Counted from the stretch's first letter, positions 1 through 8,038 are shown. The stretch: DNA of 32,000 bases from Candidatus Methanophagaceae archaeon (GCA_003194425.1 PQXB01000001.1:760444-792443); one strand, 5' to 3'. Translations and numbers: made by a program. The notes: generated from the sequence alone by a model not told the origin.

Positions 1-392
1 GAGGGAGAGCAAGAAATGTTTGAGACCACGACGAGCAGGAGAGTAGCCAAAAGAGAGAGCGAGTACGAGGGTGTTGCTACACCCAACACCTTGCCGAGCC
101 AGAACGCCCGCAGGCTGACCGGGGCGCAGAGCAGGGTCTCCACGACCCGCTCCTGCTTCTCTCTGAAGAAGACCTGCCCTGTGAAGAGGTAGCCTGCGAA
201 GAGACCGATCGTAAGCGAGAGGTAGAAGATTGAGTTGTTCAGGAAAGTGGTCGGGTTCTCTGCCTTGCTGACTCCGAGAGCAGGAAGCGAGCCGAAGTAG
301 AGGGCGAGGAACGAGGTAAAGATTAGAGTGCTTTTGCTCTTTAGCAACTCCCGAACCTCCTTCCTCCAAACCACCAACACTGCTCCTTTCAT
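1..392 (-). CDS. ABC-2 type transporter permease, N-terminal part (gene runs off the window start)
   Basis: Absent from the ORF track because the window edge truncates it. A reverse-strand ATG at 392-390 lies 4 nt after the stop of the upstream ATPase. My translation MKGAVLVVWRKEVRELLKSKSTLIFTSFLALYFG...LLATLLLVVVSN is hydrophobic with TM-like stretches. This is the expected position for the permease partner of a COG1131-type ATPase. Confidence 0.55.
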   Translation of the reverse strand, partial: MKGAVLVVWRKEVRELLKSKSTLIFTSFLALYFGSLPALGVSKAENPTTFLNNSIFYLSLTIGLFAGYLFTGQVFFREKQERVVETLLCAPVSLRAFWLGKVLGVATPSYSLSLLATLLLVVVSNISCSP

Positions 393-395
393 TTT

Positions 396-1415
396 CTACT
401 CTTCCCCTCCTCCGTCTCTGTCTGTCTCTGTCTGACGCACAATTTCCAAATAAACTTCTTCCAACGACTTCTCAACCCTCTTCAACTCCTCCACCTTCAC
501 CCCCGCTCTCACCAGCCGCTCCAAGAGCCTTGAAGGGCTCTCTGCTCCCTGTCCTTGTCCTTGTTTCTGTTTCAGAGCCACACGCAGCCTCACACCCTTT
601 CCCCTTCCTTCTCGCTCTAGCTCGCAGTCAGCCACGAAGTCCTGCTCCAGCGAGCCAACGACTTGCAACGCTCTTGCAGCCTCCTCGCTGTCTGCGAACG
701 CGACTTCAACCACCGGTCTGCTGAACCTTCTCCGAAGGTTTTCGACCGAGTCGTAGGCTCTCAGCTCGCCGTTCTGCAGGATCGCGATTCTCGTGCAAAT
801 TCGCTGCACCTCGTCCAAGTCGTGTGAGTTCAGGAAGACCGTCCTCTTCTCCTCCTTCGAGAGTTTGAGAATGAGGTCGCGGACCATTCGCTGCGCCTCA
901 GGGTCGAGACCGGTGGCGGGCTCGTCGAGGAAGAGAATTTCGGGCTCGTGAATCAGCGCTCTCGCGAGTGCGAGTTTGCGTTTCATTCCTGTTGAGAATT
1001 TCCCGACCTTCTCGTTCCTTCTCTCCGAGAGCCCTACAAACTCCAGCAACTCTTCTACCCTCTCTCCTTCTAACCGCCGCCCTGCTCTGCTCCTACTCCT
1101 TGCAGCGACGCCGTAAAGCCGTGCGTAGTAGTCCAAGTTCTCGTGAGCAGTCAGTCGCTCGTACAGCCCGTCGCTCTCCAGAACGACCCCCACTCGTTGC
1201 CGCAGTTCCTCGTCCTCACCCAAATTCCTGCCCTCTACCAAAGCCGTCCCTGAGGTCGGCTTCAAGAGACCGAGAATAATTCGGAGTGTCGTGGTCTTGC
1301 CCGCTCCGTTTGGACCCAAATAGCCGAAGACCTCTCCCTCTTTCACCTCAAAGCTGACGCCGTTGAGCACCGTTCTCCCGTTGAACTTTTTCGTTAGATC
1401 CTGTATTTTTATCAT
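396..1415 (-). CDS. ABC transporter ATP-binding protein (ABC-2/COG1131 type)
   Basis: Walker A GPNGAGKTT, signature FSTGMKRKLALARAL, Walker B ILFLDEPATGLD, H-loop NSHD. A C-terminal accessory domain is present. There is a low-complexity insert ARSRSRAGRRLEGER. Confidence 0.9.
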   Translation of the reverse strand: MIKIQDLTKKFNGRTVLNGVSFEVKEGEVFGYLGPNGAGKTTTLRIILGLLKPTSGTALVEGRNLGEDEELRQRVGVVLESDGLYERLTAHENLDYYARLYGVAARSRSRAGRRLEGERVEELLEFVGLSERRNEKVGKFSTGMKRKLALARALIHEPEILFLDEPATGLDPEAQRMVRDLILKLSKEEKRTVFLNSHDLDEVQRICTRIAILQNGELRAYDSVENLRRRFSRPVVEVAFADSEEAARALQVVGSLEQDFVADCELEREGRGKGVRLRVALKQKQGQGQGAESPSRLLERLVRAGVKVEELKRVEKSLEEVYLEIVRQTETDRDGGGEE

Positions 1416-1418
1416 TTT

Positions 1419-1454
1419 TTACTCGTGCCTTTACTCGTGCCTTTACTCGTGCCG
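1419..1454. repeat. 12-bp tandem repeat x3 (TTACTCGTGCCT/TTACTCGTGCCT/TTACTCGTGCCG) spanning the FtsX permease stop codon
   Basis: Read directly. On the minus strand it reads CGG CAC GAG TAA | AGG CAC GAG TAA | AGG CAC GAG TAA, followed by AAA ATG, the start of the next gene. Confidence 0.95.
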
Positions 1455-2576
1455 CAGCGCCTCGATCGGCTTCAGCCTCGACGCTCGCCACGCGGGGTAA
1501 AGCCCGCTCAGCACGCTCGTCCCGATTCCGAACGCGACCCCTGCGAAAATATACAAAACGCTGGAGGGGGCGAGCAAATAAGACGCCTCCTGCAAAACCA
1601 AAACATCCACCAAGAACCCCGCGCCAAAGCCCAGAACCGCTCCTGCCACGCCGCCGACCGTGCCGAGAATTAGCGACTCAAACAAAAACATTCTGAGAAT
1701 CCCGCTCCTTGAAGTCCCGATTGCACGCATCACGCCGATTTCCTTCGTCCGCTCAACCGTCGACATCAGCATCACATTCAGAATGCTCACACCCGCGACG
1801 AGGAGCGAAATCGCCCCGATTCCGAGCAGGAAGACCGAAATCGTGCTGAACAACTTTTTTATGCCCTCCACAATCTGCTTCAATTCCATCACCCTTACGA
1901 CCTGCTCCCGCTTGTTCAGGCGGTCTTCAATCTCCCTCCTCACCTCCTCAACCTCCTCTACTTTCTCAACTTTCACAATCACCGAGTTGTAGCCCGACGC
2001 CGACGCCGAAGAGTTAAAAAGCGATTCAAACATCTTCTCCGAGACGATCACAGCGTTGTCAGGATTTATGTCGAACCCAATTCCCCGCTCCTTCAGGATT
2101 CCCACGATTCTCGGCTTCTGACCTCGCACCGCCACTCGCTCGCCCACTCGCAGCTCGTAATTCTCGGCGAGCCTTGACCCAACCAGGCAGTTCAGAGAGC
2201 CGTGCTTGAGAAACTGCCCCTCCTCTTTCTCCACCAACTTCGAAATGTCCTCGCTCCGCATCCCGTAAATCATCACGAGACTTTGCTCGCCGTTTAGAGT
2301 TGCTTTCTCGGTTCGTGAATTTATCGGGATTGCGACGGCTGCTGCTTTGTCTATTTGCTTGAAGTTCTGCTCTGAAATCGGTTCCTCACCGTAGGGAAAG
2401 ACCACGAGCTCGTTCCCGATCATACACAACTGCTCCGACGCGGAGAGTCGGACGCTGTTGCCGAGAATTCCGAGTGCGGTTATCGCGAGCACGCCGATCA
2501 CGATTCCGACGACCGCGAGGACGGACCTGAACTTGTGCCTTGCGAGGTTCCGCTTCGCAAACTCGAAGAAAATCAT
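1443..2576 (-). CDS. FtsX/MacB-type ABC transporter permease (COG0577)
   Basis: 377 aa. It has an N-terminal TM helix (FRSVLAVVGIVIGVLAITALGIL), a large extracytoplasmic domain, then three C-terminal TM helices with the FtsX-like motif TKEIGVMRAIGTSR. Confidence 0.85.
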   Translation of the reverse strand: MIFFEFAKRNLARHKFRSVLAVVGIVIGVLAITALGILGNSVRLSASEQLCMIGNELVVFPYGEEPISEQNFKQIDKAAAVAIPINSRTEKATLNGEQSLVMIYGMRSEDISKLVEKEEGQFLKHGSLNCLVGSRLAENYELRVGERVAVRGQKPRIVGILKERGIGFDINPDNAVIVSEKMFESLFNSSASASGYNSVIVKVEKVEEVEEVRREIEDRLNKREQVVRVMELKQIVEGIKKLFSTISVFLLGIGAISLLVAGVSILNVMLMSTVERTKEIGVMRAIGTSRSGILRMFLFESLILGTVGGVAGAVLGFGAGFLVDVLVLQEASYLLAPSSVLYIFAGVAFGIGTSVLSGLYPAWRASRLKPIEALRHE

Positions 2577-2581
2577 CCGTT

Positions 2582-2621
2582 TTAATCCTTTTAGTTATCT
2601 TATTAATCCTTTTAGTTATCT
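2582..2621. repeat. Tandem duplication, period 21 (TTAATCCTTTTAGTTATCT x2), directly upstream of the FtsX permease start
   Basis: Copies at 2582-2600 and 2603-2621 are identical. A related sequence ATACTTTTAGATCTAGATTTA occurs at 6001-6021, next to the MacB-type ATPase stop. Confidence 0.9.
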
Positions 2622-2640
2622 AGTTTAGAGGAGAGGAAAA

Positions 2641-2865
2641 ATGGCAGAAACAAAAACAAGAATGAAATGGAAATTAACCATAAGCCCAGAGGTCTTTAAT
2701 ACTTTAGTCAAATTGAGAGAGGAGCTCGAAGATGTGATCGAAACGATTGAGATAATGAATGACAGGGAGTTAATGGAAGGGCTGGAGAGGTCCAAGAAGG
2801 ACTTTGAAGAGGGGAGGGTTTACGAATTGAAAAATGTCGGCGACCTCGATGAAATTTGGAAATGA
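2641..2865 (+). CDS. Type II antitoxin (Phd/YefM/RelB-like)
   Basis: 74 aa. The motif IEIMNDRELMEGLERSKKDFEEGRVYEL resembles antitoxin C-terminal regions. Its stop overlaps the ancestral start of the downstream RelE-like gene (ATGA at 2862-2865). GGAGAGG RBS upstream. Confidence 0.6.
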   Translation: MAETKTRMKWKLTISPEVFNTLVKLREELEDVIETIEIMNDRELMEGLERSKKDFEEGRVYELKNVGDLDEIWK

Positions 2866-3123
2866 AGGTAATTTATACAGAAGGTAATTTATACAGAGGA
2901 GTTCAAAAGGGATGTGAGGAAAGTGAAGGACAAGAAGGTTCAAGATAGAATAAGGAAAATGGTCAAGAAGATAAAAGAGAATCCAGGGGTTGGAAAGCCC
3001 TTGAGATACGACCTTTCAGGACTTAGAAGTATTAAACTTCCTCCCTTTAGGAGATTGTATGAAATCAGGGAGGAGTTGATAATTTTGCACAAATTCGAGC
3101 ATAGGAAAGAGGTGTATATTTAA
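2862..3123 (+). pseudogene. RelE/ParE-family toxin, frameshifted near the 5' end by a 16-bp tandem duplication
   Basis: Removing one repeat copy restores MKVIYTEEFKRDVRKVKDKKVQDRIRKMVKKIKENPGVGKPLRYDLSGLRSIKLPPFRRLYEIREELIILHKFEHRKEVYI, a typical RelE/ParE length and pattern. As sequenced, the ATG at 2862 reads 28 codons to a TAG at 2946-2948. The rest survives only as a GTG-initiated ORF at 2914-3123. Confidence 0.65.
2864..2897. repeat. 16-bp tandem duplication (GAAGGTAATTTATACA x2.1) at the antitoxin/toxin junction
   Basis: Read directly. Positions 2864-2879 equal 2880-2895, and the match extends 2 nt further. Confidence 0.95.
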
Positions 3124-3194
3124 GGAATAAATTAAAAAGGAGAAAGAAAGAAGAAACGAAAACAAGAGCAAGAATAAGAGGGGAAGGAAAAGGT

Positions 3195-5648
3195 TTGAAA
3201 CACCTGAAGACGCAGGCAGCAGTTCTAACCGCGGTGCTGGTGCTTTCTTTGTTTGCAGGCACGACTTTAACAGCCGCTTCTGACGGAGAGAAAGGGGAAG
3301 AAACAAAGACAGAGACGGCAATCGCCGAAGGCGCGGACTGGCTCGTAGCGCGTCAAAGCGAGAACGGTGGCTGGACGCCTTTCTCGGTTTCAAAAAATAA
3401 CGCGTTGGCGGTTAGGGCGTTCGTTGCCACCGGGAACACTTCGTCGCCAAAATACGCTCTTCTTCTGAGCAAACTAAAGGCGCTTCAAGCCCCTGACGGC
3501 AGTTGGGACGAGAATGTGAGGGCGACAAGTGAAGCAATCTGGGCGTTGGTTGAGGCTGGGGAGGAGCCGGACTCACCGATTATGCTTAACGCTGTGACGT
3601 GGCTTAAAGACCATGTTGATTTTAGTGACACGACTGAAGGAAGTACAGCGACTGTCTCAATAATTCTTATTGCACTGATAAAAGCAGGCGAGCCAAAAAG
3701 TTCCCAGGTTATTATGGATGGCGTGAATTGGCTGAAGACAAATCAGAATGACGATGGCTACTGGGGTGGTTATCAAGGAGATGTAAGTACGTGGGCTGGT
3801 CACGGAAGCTCCCCAATTATAGCATTATGTTTAGCAGATTCTCCGTCATCATCTGAAGTTCAAAAAGCCGTGAGTTGGTGGGAATTACGCCTCCCTACTG
3901 ATAATTGGCCGGATATACATGGATTAGAGGCATTTATAGCAGCTGGATCAGAATCTAATATTCAAACTGCAATAAGCTACGTATTATCTAATCAACATTC
4001 GGATGGAGGATGGCCCCATTGCTGGGATTGGCCAACTCGAAATGGCGAGACTGCAAAAGCTGTAACAGCATTAACAGATGCTGGATATACAAATGGTGCG
4101 GTAGACAAAGGTATGTCTTGGATTGAAGATCATATAACAGAGGAAGGAGTTTATGTGGGTGAATATGAGCATCCCGGTGTTATTTCATGGTGTAGTTCTG
4201 GACTACTACAGGTAAATACTACAAATGCGAGTTCATCAGTGCAAAAGGCTGTGGATTTACTCAAAAGCATTCAAGGGTCTGGCGGCAGCTGGGCGTGGAC
4301 AATTTATCATTCAGGACATGTGGACATAACGGGCTTGGTGCTTTGGTCGTTAAATAATTATGGACTTCCTTCTTCTTCTCCAATAATTCAGCAGGGAGCA
4401 TCTTTCATAATAAAAGCCCAAAACTCCGACGGTGGTTGGGGAGTTTATCCAACAGGAACAGCAAGCACAGTTAGCAACACAAACTACGCCCTGCTCGGCT
4501 TAATCTCCGCGGGCTACACAACCTCTAACCCAAGCCTCGTCAAAGGACTGGACTACCTCTCGAGAGAAAGCACCGCCGGAAACTGGGGCAACACCTTCGA
4601 GACCGCACTCGCAACAATCATCTTCCAGGAGACAGGCTACAACGAGACCCTGCTCAACCACTCGACCGGCTGGCTCCGGGCGAACCAGAACGAAGACGGG
4701 GGCTGGGGTTCTGCAAAAGGCGAGACCAGCACCACTTCAAGCACTGCACTCGCACTGGTCGCACTGAACCAAACCGGAGAGACAGGACTGAAAATTGCAA
4801 GAGGAGCGGCGTGGCTCGTCGCAGCACAGAACGAAGACGAAGACGGCGGTGGCAGAGGTTGGAGCAACCTGCCCGGAATTCCGTGCAGCAACCCTGGACA
4901 GACCGCGCAGGCAGTTTGGGCACTCTCGGTCGCGAACTACACGCTTGAAATCGAATTGAACTTGACACTGGACAAGGAGACCTACTACCCCGGCGAGACG
5001 GTAAAAATAAATGTCAGCTCGCCCGACGCCGACGAGATTGCAACCCTGAACGGCACGGTAACAGACGCAGAAGGGAATTTCACAAACCTCTCTTTCGACT
5101 CAAATTTCACCGCGAACTACGAACTCACCGCGGACGCAGCTCCGGGGACTTACACCGTAAATGTGGTCGCACGGTCGCAGAACGGCACGGGAACGGCAAC
5201 CGCGAACTTCGATGTCCTGCGTCTGTTTCCGCCGACTGTCTCGGTTGCGACTGACAAGACCGAGTACCGCCCAGGCGAGACGATGAACACAACGATTTGT
5301 CTGGCGAACCCGTCTAACACCTCGCAGCCGGTGGTGTTCCGCTGGTGGCTCTCGATTCCAAAGTTCGACTACTACTCGCTGGGGGTTGCGACCTCGCCGC
5401 TCTCCCTGCCCACAGAGTACGACGAGTGCTTCTCGTTTCCGGTTACTGTTGGTGACTGGGGTGGTGCTGGCTTCGGTGCGTTCTGGTGCGTTGGTTTGTT
5501 CGACCCGGAGACAGACGCGATTATTTGCTACGACACAAGCGGTTGGAATTACACGCCTGCACAGGAGAAGGGAAGAGAAGCGGTAACACCCGCAGAAATC
5601 GCAGATGCGTTAGTGAAAAGAGTGGAAGAGGTAGAGTTCCCGATTTAA
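3195..5648 (+). CDS. Secreted surface protein with about 11 prenyltransferase/squalene-cyclase-like (QW-type) repeats and C-terminal Ig/CARDB-like domains
   Basis: TTG start and signal peptide (LKTQAAVLTAVLVLSLFAGTTLTAA). Repeats follow the pattern xxWLxxxQNxDGGWG (QSENGGWT, QAPDGSWD, QNDDGYWG, QHSDGGWP, QGSGGSWAW, QNSDGGWG, QNEDGGWG, QNEDEDGGGRGWS). Two beta-rich modules follow (DKETYYPGETVKINVSSP, DKTEYRPGETMNTTICL). Many N-x-S/T sequons are present. Confidence 0.7.
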   Translation: MKHLKTQAAVLTAVLVLSLFAGTTLTAASDGEKGEETKTETAIAEGADWLVARQSENGGWTPFSVSKNNALAVRAFVATGNTSSPKYALLLSKLKALQAPDGSWDENVRATSEAIWALVEAGEEPDSPIMLNAVTWLKDHVDFSDTTEGSTATVSIILIALIKAGEPKSSQVIMDGVNWLKTNQNDDGYWGGYQGDVSTWAGHGSSPIIALCLADSPSSSEVQKAVSWWELRLPTDNWPDIHGLEAFIAAGSESNIQTAISYVLSNQHSDGGWPHCWDWPTRNGETAKAVTALTDAGYTNGAVDKGMSWIEDHITEEGVYVGEYEHPGVISWCSSGLLQVNTTNASSSVQKAVDLLKSIQGSGGSWAWTIYHSGHVDITGLVLWSLNNYGLPSSSPIIQQGASFIIKAQNSDGGWGVYPTGTASTVSNTNYALLGLISAGYTTSNPSLVKGLDYLSRESTAGNWGNTFETALATIIFQETGYNETLLNHSTGWLRANQNEDGGWGSAKGETSTTSSTALALVALNQTGETGLKIARGAAWLVAAQNEDEDGGGRGWSNLPGIPCSNPGQTAQAVWALSVANYTLEIELNLTLDKETYYPGETVKINVSSPDADEIATLNGTVTDAEGNFTNLSFDSNFTANYELTADAAPGTYTVNVVARSQNGTGTATANFDVLRLFPPTVSVATDKTEYRPGETMNTTICLANPSNTSQPVVFRWWLSIPKFDYYSLGVATSPLSLPTEYDECFSFPVTVGDWGGAGFGAFWCVGLFDPETDAIICYDTSGWNYTPAQEKGREAVTPAEIADALVKRVEEVEFPI

Positions 5649-5729
5649 TGAATAGATTATGAAAATATAACGCTTGGGGATTTAGAGGTAGGAGAAGAGA
5701 TTGAAATAGAGCCTCATCCAGAGGGTGGA

Positions 5730-5993
5730 ATGCCGGTTTACTGCACTATTTGTGATGTCGAAATGGAGAAGACAAAAATTAATGTGAAGCGCGGGAATAT
5801 TATGCTTCTCGACATAGAGGCTTACAAGTGCCCACAATGTGGAGAAGGAGTTTTAGACATTGACACTGCATCACAGTTGGAGCGTGAGTTTGGATTGCGA
5901 GATCAGGAAAATAGCACGAAATATGAATTGAAATTGTTAAAAGAGGGTGCGAATTATTTGCTGCCTCTTCCGAAAGAGTTTGTTAATAAATGA
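5730..5993 (+). CDS. Small zinc-ribbon protein (YgiT/MqsA-type CxxC...CxxCGE) with a possible AbrB/SpoVT-like C-terminus
   Basis: 87 aa with CTIC...CPQCGEGV. The C-terminal KEGANYLLPLPKEFVNK resembles the swapped-hairpin xxxVxIPKEhxxxL motif. The gene is low in GC. Confidence 0.45.
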   Translation: MPVYCTICDVEMEKTKINVKRGNIMLLDIEAYKCPQCGEGVLDIDTASQLEREFGLRDQENSTKYELKLLKEGANYLLPLPKEFVNK

Positions 5994-6018
5994 AATAAAG
6001 ATACTTTTAGATCTAGAT

Positions 6019-6708
6019 TTACTCCACCACTTTCCCGTCCACGAGCCTGAATGTCCTGCCGGTGTAGGAGGCGACCTGCGGGTCGTGCGTCACCACAATG
6101 ATTGTCTTTCCACGCTCGTTCGTGGCTTTCAGGAGTTTCATAATGTCCTGGCTCGTCTTTGAGTCGAGGTTCCCGGTGGGTTCGTCGGCGAGAATTAAAT
6201 CCGGGTCGTTTGCGAGTGCCCGCGCGACTGCGACTCGCTGCTGCTCGCCACCTGAAAGTTCGTTTGGTCGGTTCTCGCCGAGCTGCTCGTCCAAGCCGAC
6301 CGCCCGCAGGAGTTCCCTGCTCCTTCTCCCGTGCCCGTCCTGGCGGTTCACGCCTTTGCCCTTCTTGCCTTTAAGAAGCATCGGGTACTCGATGTTCTCG
6401 AGAGCGGTGAGCGTGGGAATGAGGTTGAACTGCTGGAAGACGAAACCGATTTTGTCTCGCCGCAGTCTCGTCAGTTGCTCGTCTCCAAGCCCGCCGACCT
6501 CCTCGCCGCCAACGACGACCCGACCGCTCGTGGGCGTGTCCAGGCAGCCGACGATGTTGAGCAGGGTTGATTTTCCGGAGCCTGAGGGTCCCATTACAGA
6601 GACGAACTCGCCTGCCTCGAGGCTCGCAGTCACGCGGTCGAGTGCCTTAAAACTCCCTCTCGGCAGTTCATAAATTTTCGTCACCTCCTCAAGCTCCACC
6701 TCATTCAT
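6019..6708 (-). CDS. MacB/LolD-type ABC transporter ATP-binding protein (COG1136)
   Basis: Walker A GPSGSGKST, signature LSGGEQQRVAVARAL, Walker B LILADEPTGNLD, H-loop VVTHD. I place the start at MNEVELEEVTKIY (ATG 6708), which has AAGGAGAGAG upstream. The ORF-track start at 6765 would overlap the upstream gene. There is a low-complexity insert KGKKGKGVNRQDGHGRRSRE. Confidence 0.9.
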   Translation of the reverse strand: MNEVELEEVTKIYELPRGSFKALDRVTASLEAGEFVSVMGPSGSGKSTLLNIVGCLDTPTSGRVVVGGEEVGGLGDEQLTRLRRDKIGFVFQQFNLIPTLTALENIEYPMLLKGKKGKGVNRQDGHGRRSRELLRAVGLDEQLGENRPNELSGGEQQRVAVARALANDPDLILADEPTGNLDSKTSQDIMKLLKATNERGKTIIVVTHDPQVASYTGRTFRLVDGKVVE

Positions 6709-6739
6709 CTCTCTCCTTCTCTCTACTTTCCCCCCTTCT

Positions 6740-8038
6740 TTACCGCTTCTTCCACGAGTACGCAATCAGCCCGACGACCACTGCGACCACAAAGAGCAGA
6801 ACGACCACGACCGAGAGCGGCAACTCGCCGACGCCAACACCGGAACTTCCCGTTCTCTGCCCCTGCTGACGTTCGATCGCGATGTATTCGGTTTTTGAGA
6901 AGAGAAAGCCGTCCTCGTCCTTGTACTCGATGCGAAGCGGCACCTTCGTCCCTTCTCCTTCGTTTTCTCTGTCTTCAGAGACCTTTACATCGAGTTCAAA
7001 ACTGCTGAAGTCGTCAGGACTGAGCAGACCCACGAAATAGGATTTGTAGGGGTGCGTTGCTTCTACACCCTCTGCGTCTCCGATTTTCATAACCACGCCG
7101 TTTGCGTCCTCCAAGCCCGCGTTGTTTATGTCGCCTGTGATTTTGTAGTTGTAGATTCCCGAACTTCCCGAACCGCTTGCACTTGGCTCCACCTCAATTC
7201 CAGTGAGCACGAGTTCTGGCTTCTTCTTGCTCTCCGTCACTTTTAGGGGCAGGCTCAACTCCGCAGAGTGCAGGTTCTCGCCGTTCTTGAACTCCAACTT
7301 GAAATTGAGGAGACGAGTGCCGTTCGTTTGCGGTGTGAAGTTAAAAGAGGCGGTTTTTGTCTCGTCCCGCGAGAGTGCTCCAACGAAGACTTCTGAAGGC
7401 ACCAGTTCCTCTCCTCCTGCCACTCCTTCTCCTCCTTTCTCTTCTTCCTCTGCCTCTTCTCGTCTCTCTGCTACCGCGGTGATTTTCACGCCCGTTGCGG
7501 TGTTCGGTCTGGGGTTACCGACTGCGAGTTCGATTCTCGCCCGCTCTCCCTTAAAGATGTCCTCTGGAACGTCCTTGACCGCGAGGGTCAGCAGTGTGCT
7601 GTCCACTCTTACAGGAAAGGAATATCGTATGTTTTGGGCGTCTTCCCCTTTCACCAGCACTCGGGGGTAGTAAATGCCGTCAGGACAGGCGGTCGCTTTT
7701 AGCGTGAATGTCAGGTCCAGGCTCTCTCCGTGTCCCAGCCTGCCGATGTTGAAGTAGGAGTCGCTCGCCACTTTGAGCTCCTTGCTCAGCAGCCGTGCCT
7801 CTTTTATGTTCACGCTCTTCGCAAGTTCCGCGTTCTTCACGGTCACGGTTACCGTGCCGAGATCGTTGGGCATCAGCACCTCGGGAGTCAGCTGGTAGCC
7901 TGTAATTTGGATTGAAGTTTTCTGCTCTTCTCTTGCAACCTGTGCCTGTGCCTCTGAGACGCCAGAGCCAGCGAGTCCTACTACACCGACTACGAGTAGG
8001 GCTAAAAAGAGTAGAGAAAGAGAAGAGGGAAATCTCAT
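6740..8038 (-). CDS. Cell-surface protein, COG1361/CARDB-like beta-rich domains, signal peptide plus C-terminal TM anchor
   Basis: N-terminal signal peptide LSLLFLALLVVGVVGLAGSG and C-terminal anchor LPLSVVVVLLFVVAVVVGLIAYSWKKR. Repeated beta-strand-rich modules are present. This protein type is commonly encoded beside COG0577/COG1136 ABC pairs in archaea (recollection). Confidence 0.55.
   Translation of the reverse strand: MRFPSSLSLLFLALLVVGVVGLAGSGVSEAQAQVAREEQKTSIQITGYQLTPEVLMPNDLGTVTVTVKNAELAKSVNIKEARLLSKELKVASDSYFNIGRLGHGESLDLTFTLKATACPDGIYYPRVLVKGEDAQNIRYSFPVRVDSTLLTLAVKDVPEDIFKGERARIELAVGNPRPNTATGVKITAVAERREEAEEEEKGGEGVAGGEELVPSEVFVGALSRDETKTASFNFTPQTNGTRLLNFKLEFKNGENLHSAELSLPLKVTESKKKPELVLTGIEVEPSASGSGSSGIYNYKITGDINNAGLEDANGVVMKIGDAEGVEATHPYKSYFVGLLSPDDFSSFELDVKVSEDRENEGEGTKVPLRIEYKDEDGFLFSKTEYIAIERQQGQRTGSSGVGVGELPLSVVVVLLFVVAVVVGLIAYSWKKR

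Noticed and set aside
3016-3393. Minus-strand ORFs (125 aa and 65 aa) across the toxin 3' end and the leader of the secreted-protein gene.
   Set aside because: They are low-complexity L/S/F-rich translations of the complement of a purine-rich leader, and they overlap better-supported plus-strand genes.
2622-6000. Calling the plus-strand cassette a mobile element.
   Set aside because: Flanking direct repeats and low GC suggest insertion. No integrase, transposase or terminal inverted repeats were seen, so it is reported as a finding rather than a mobile_element feature.
6709-6765. 19-aa extension of the MacB-type ATPase ORF.
   Set aside because: It overlaps the upstream surface-protein gene. 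The internal ATG at 6708 has a good AAGGAGAGAG RBS and gives the family-typical N-terminus.
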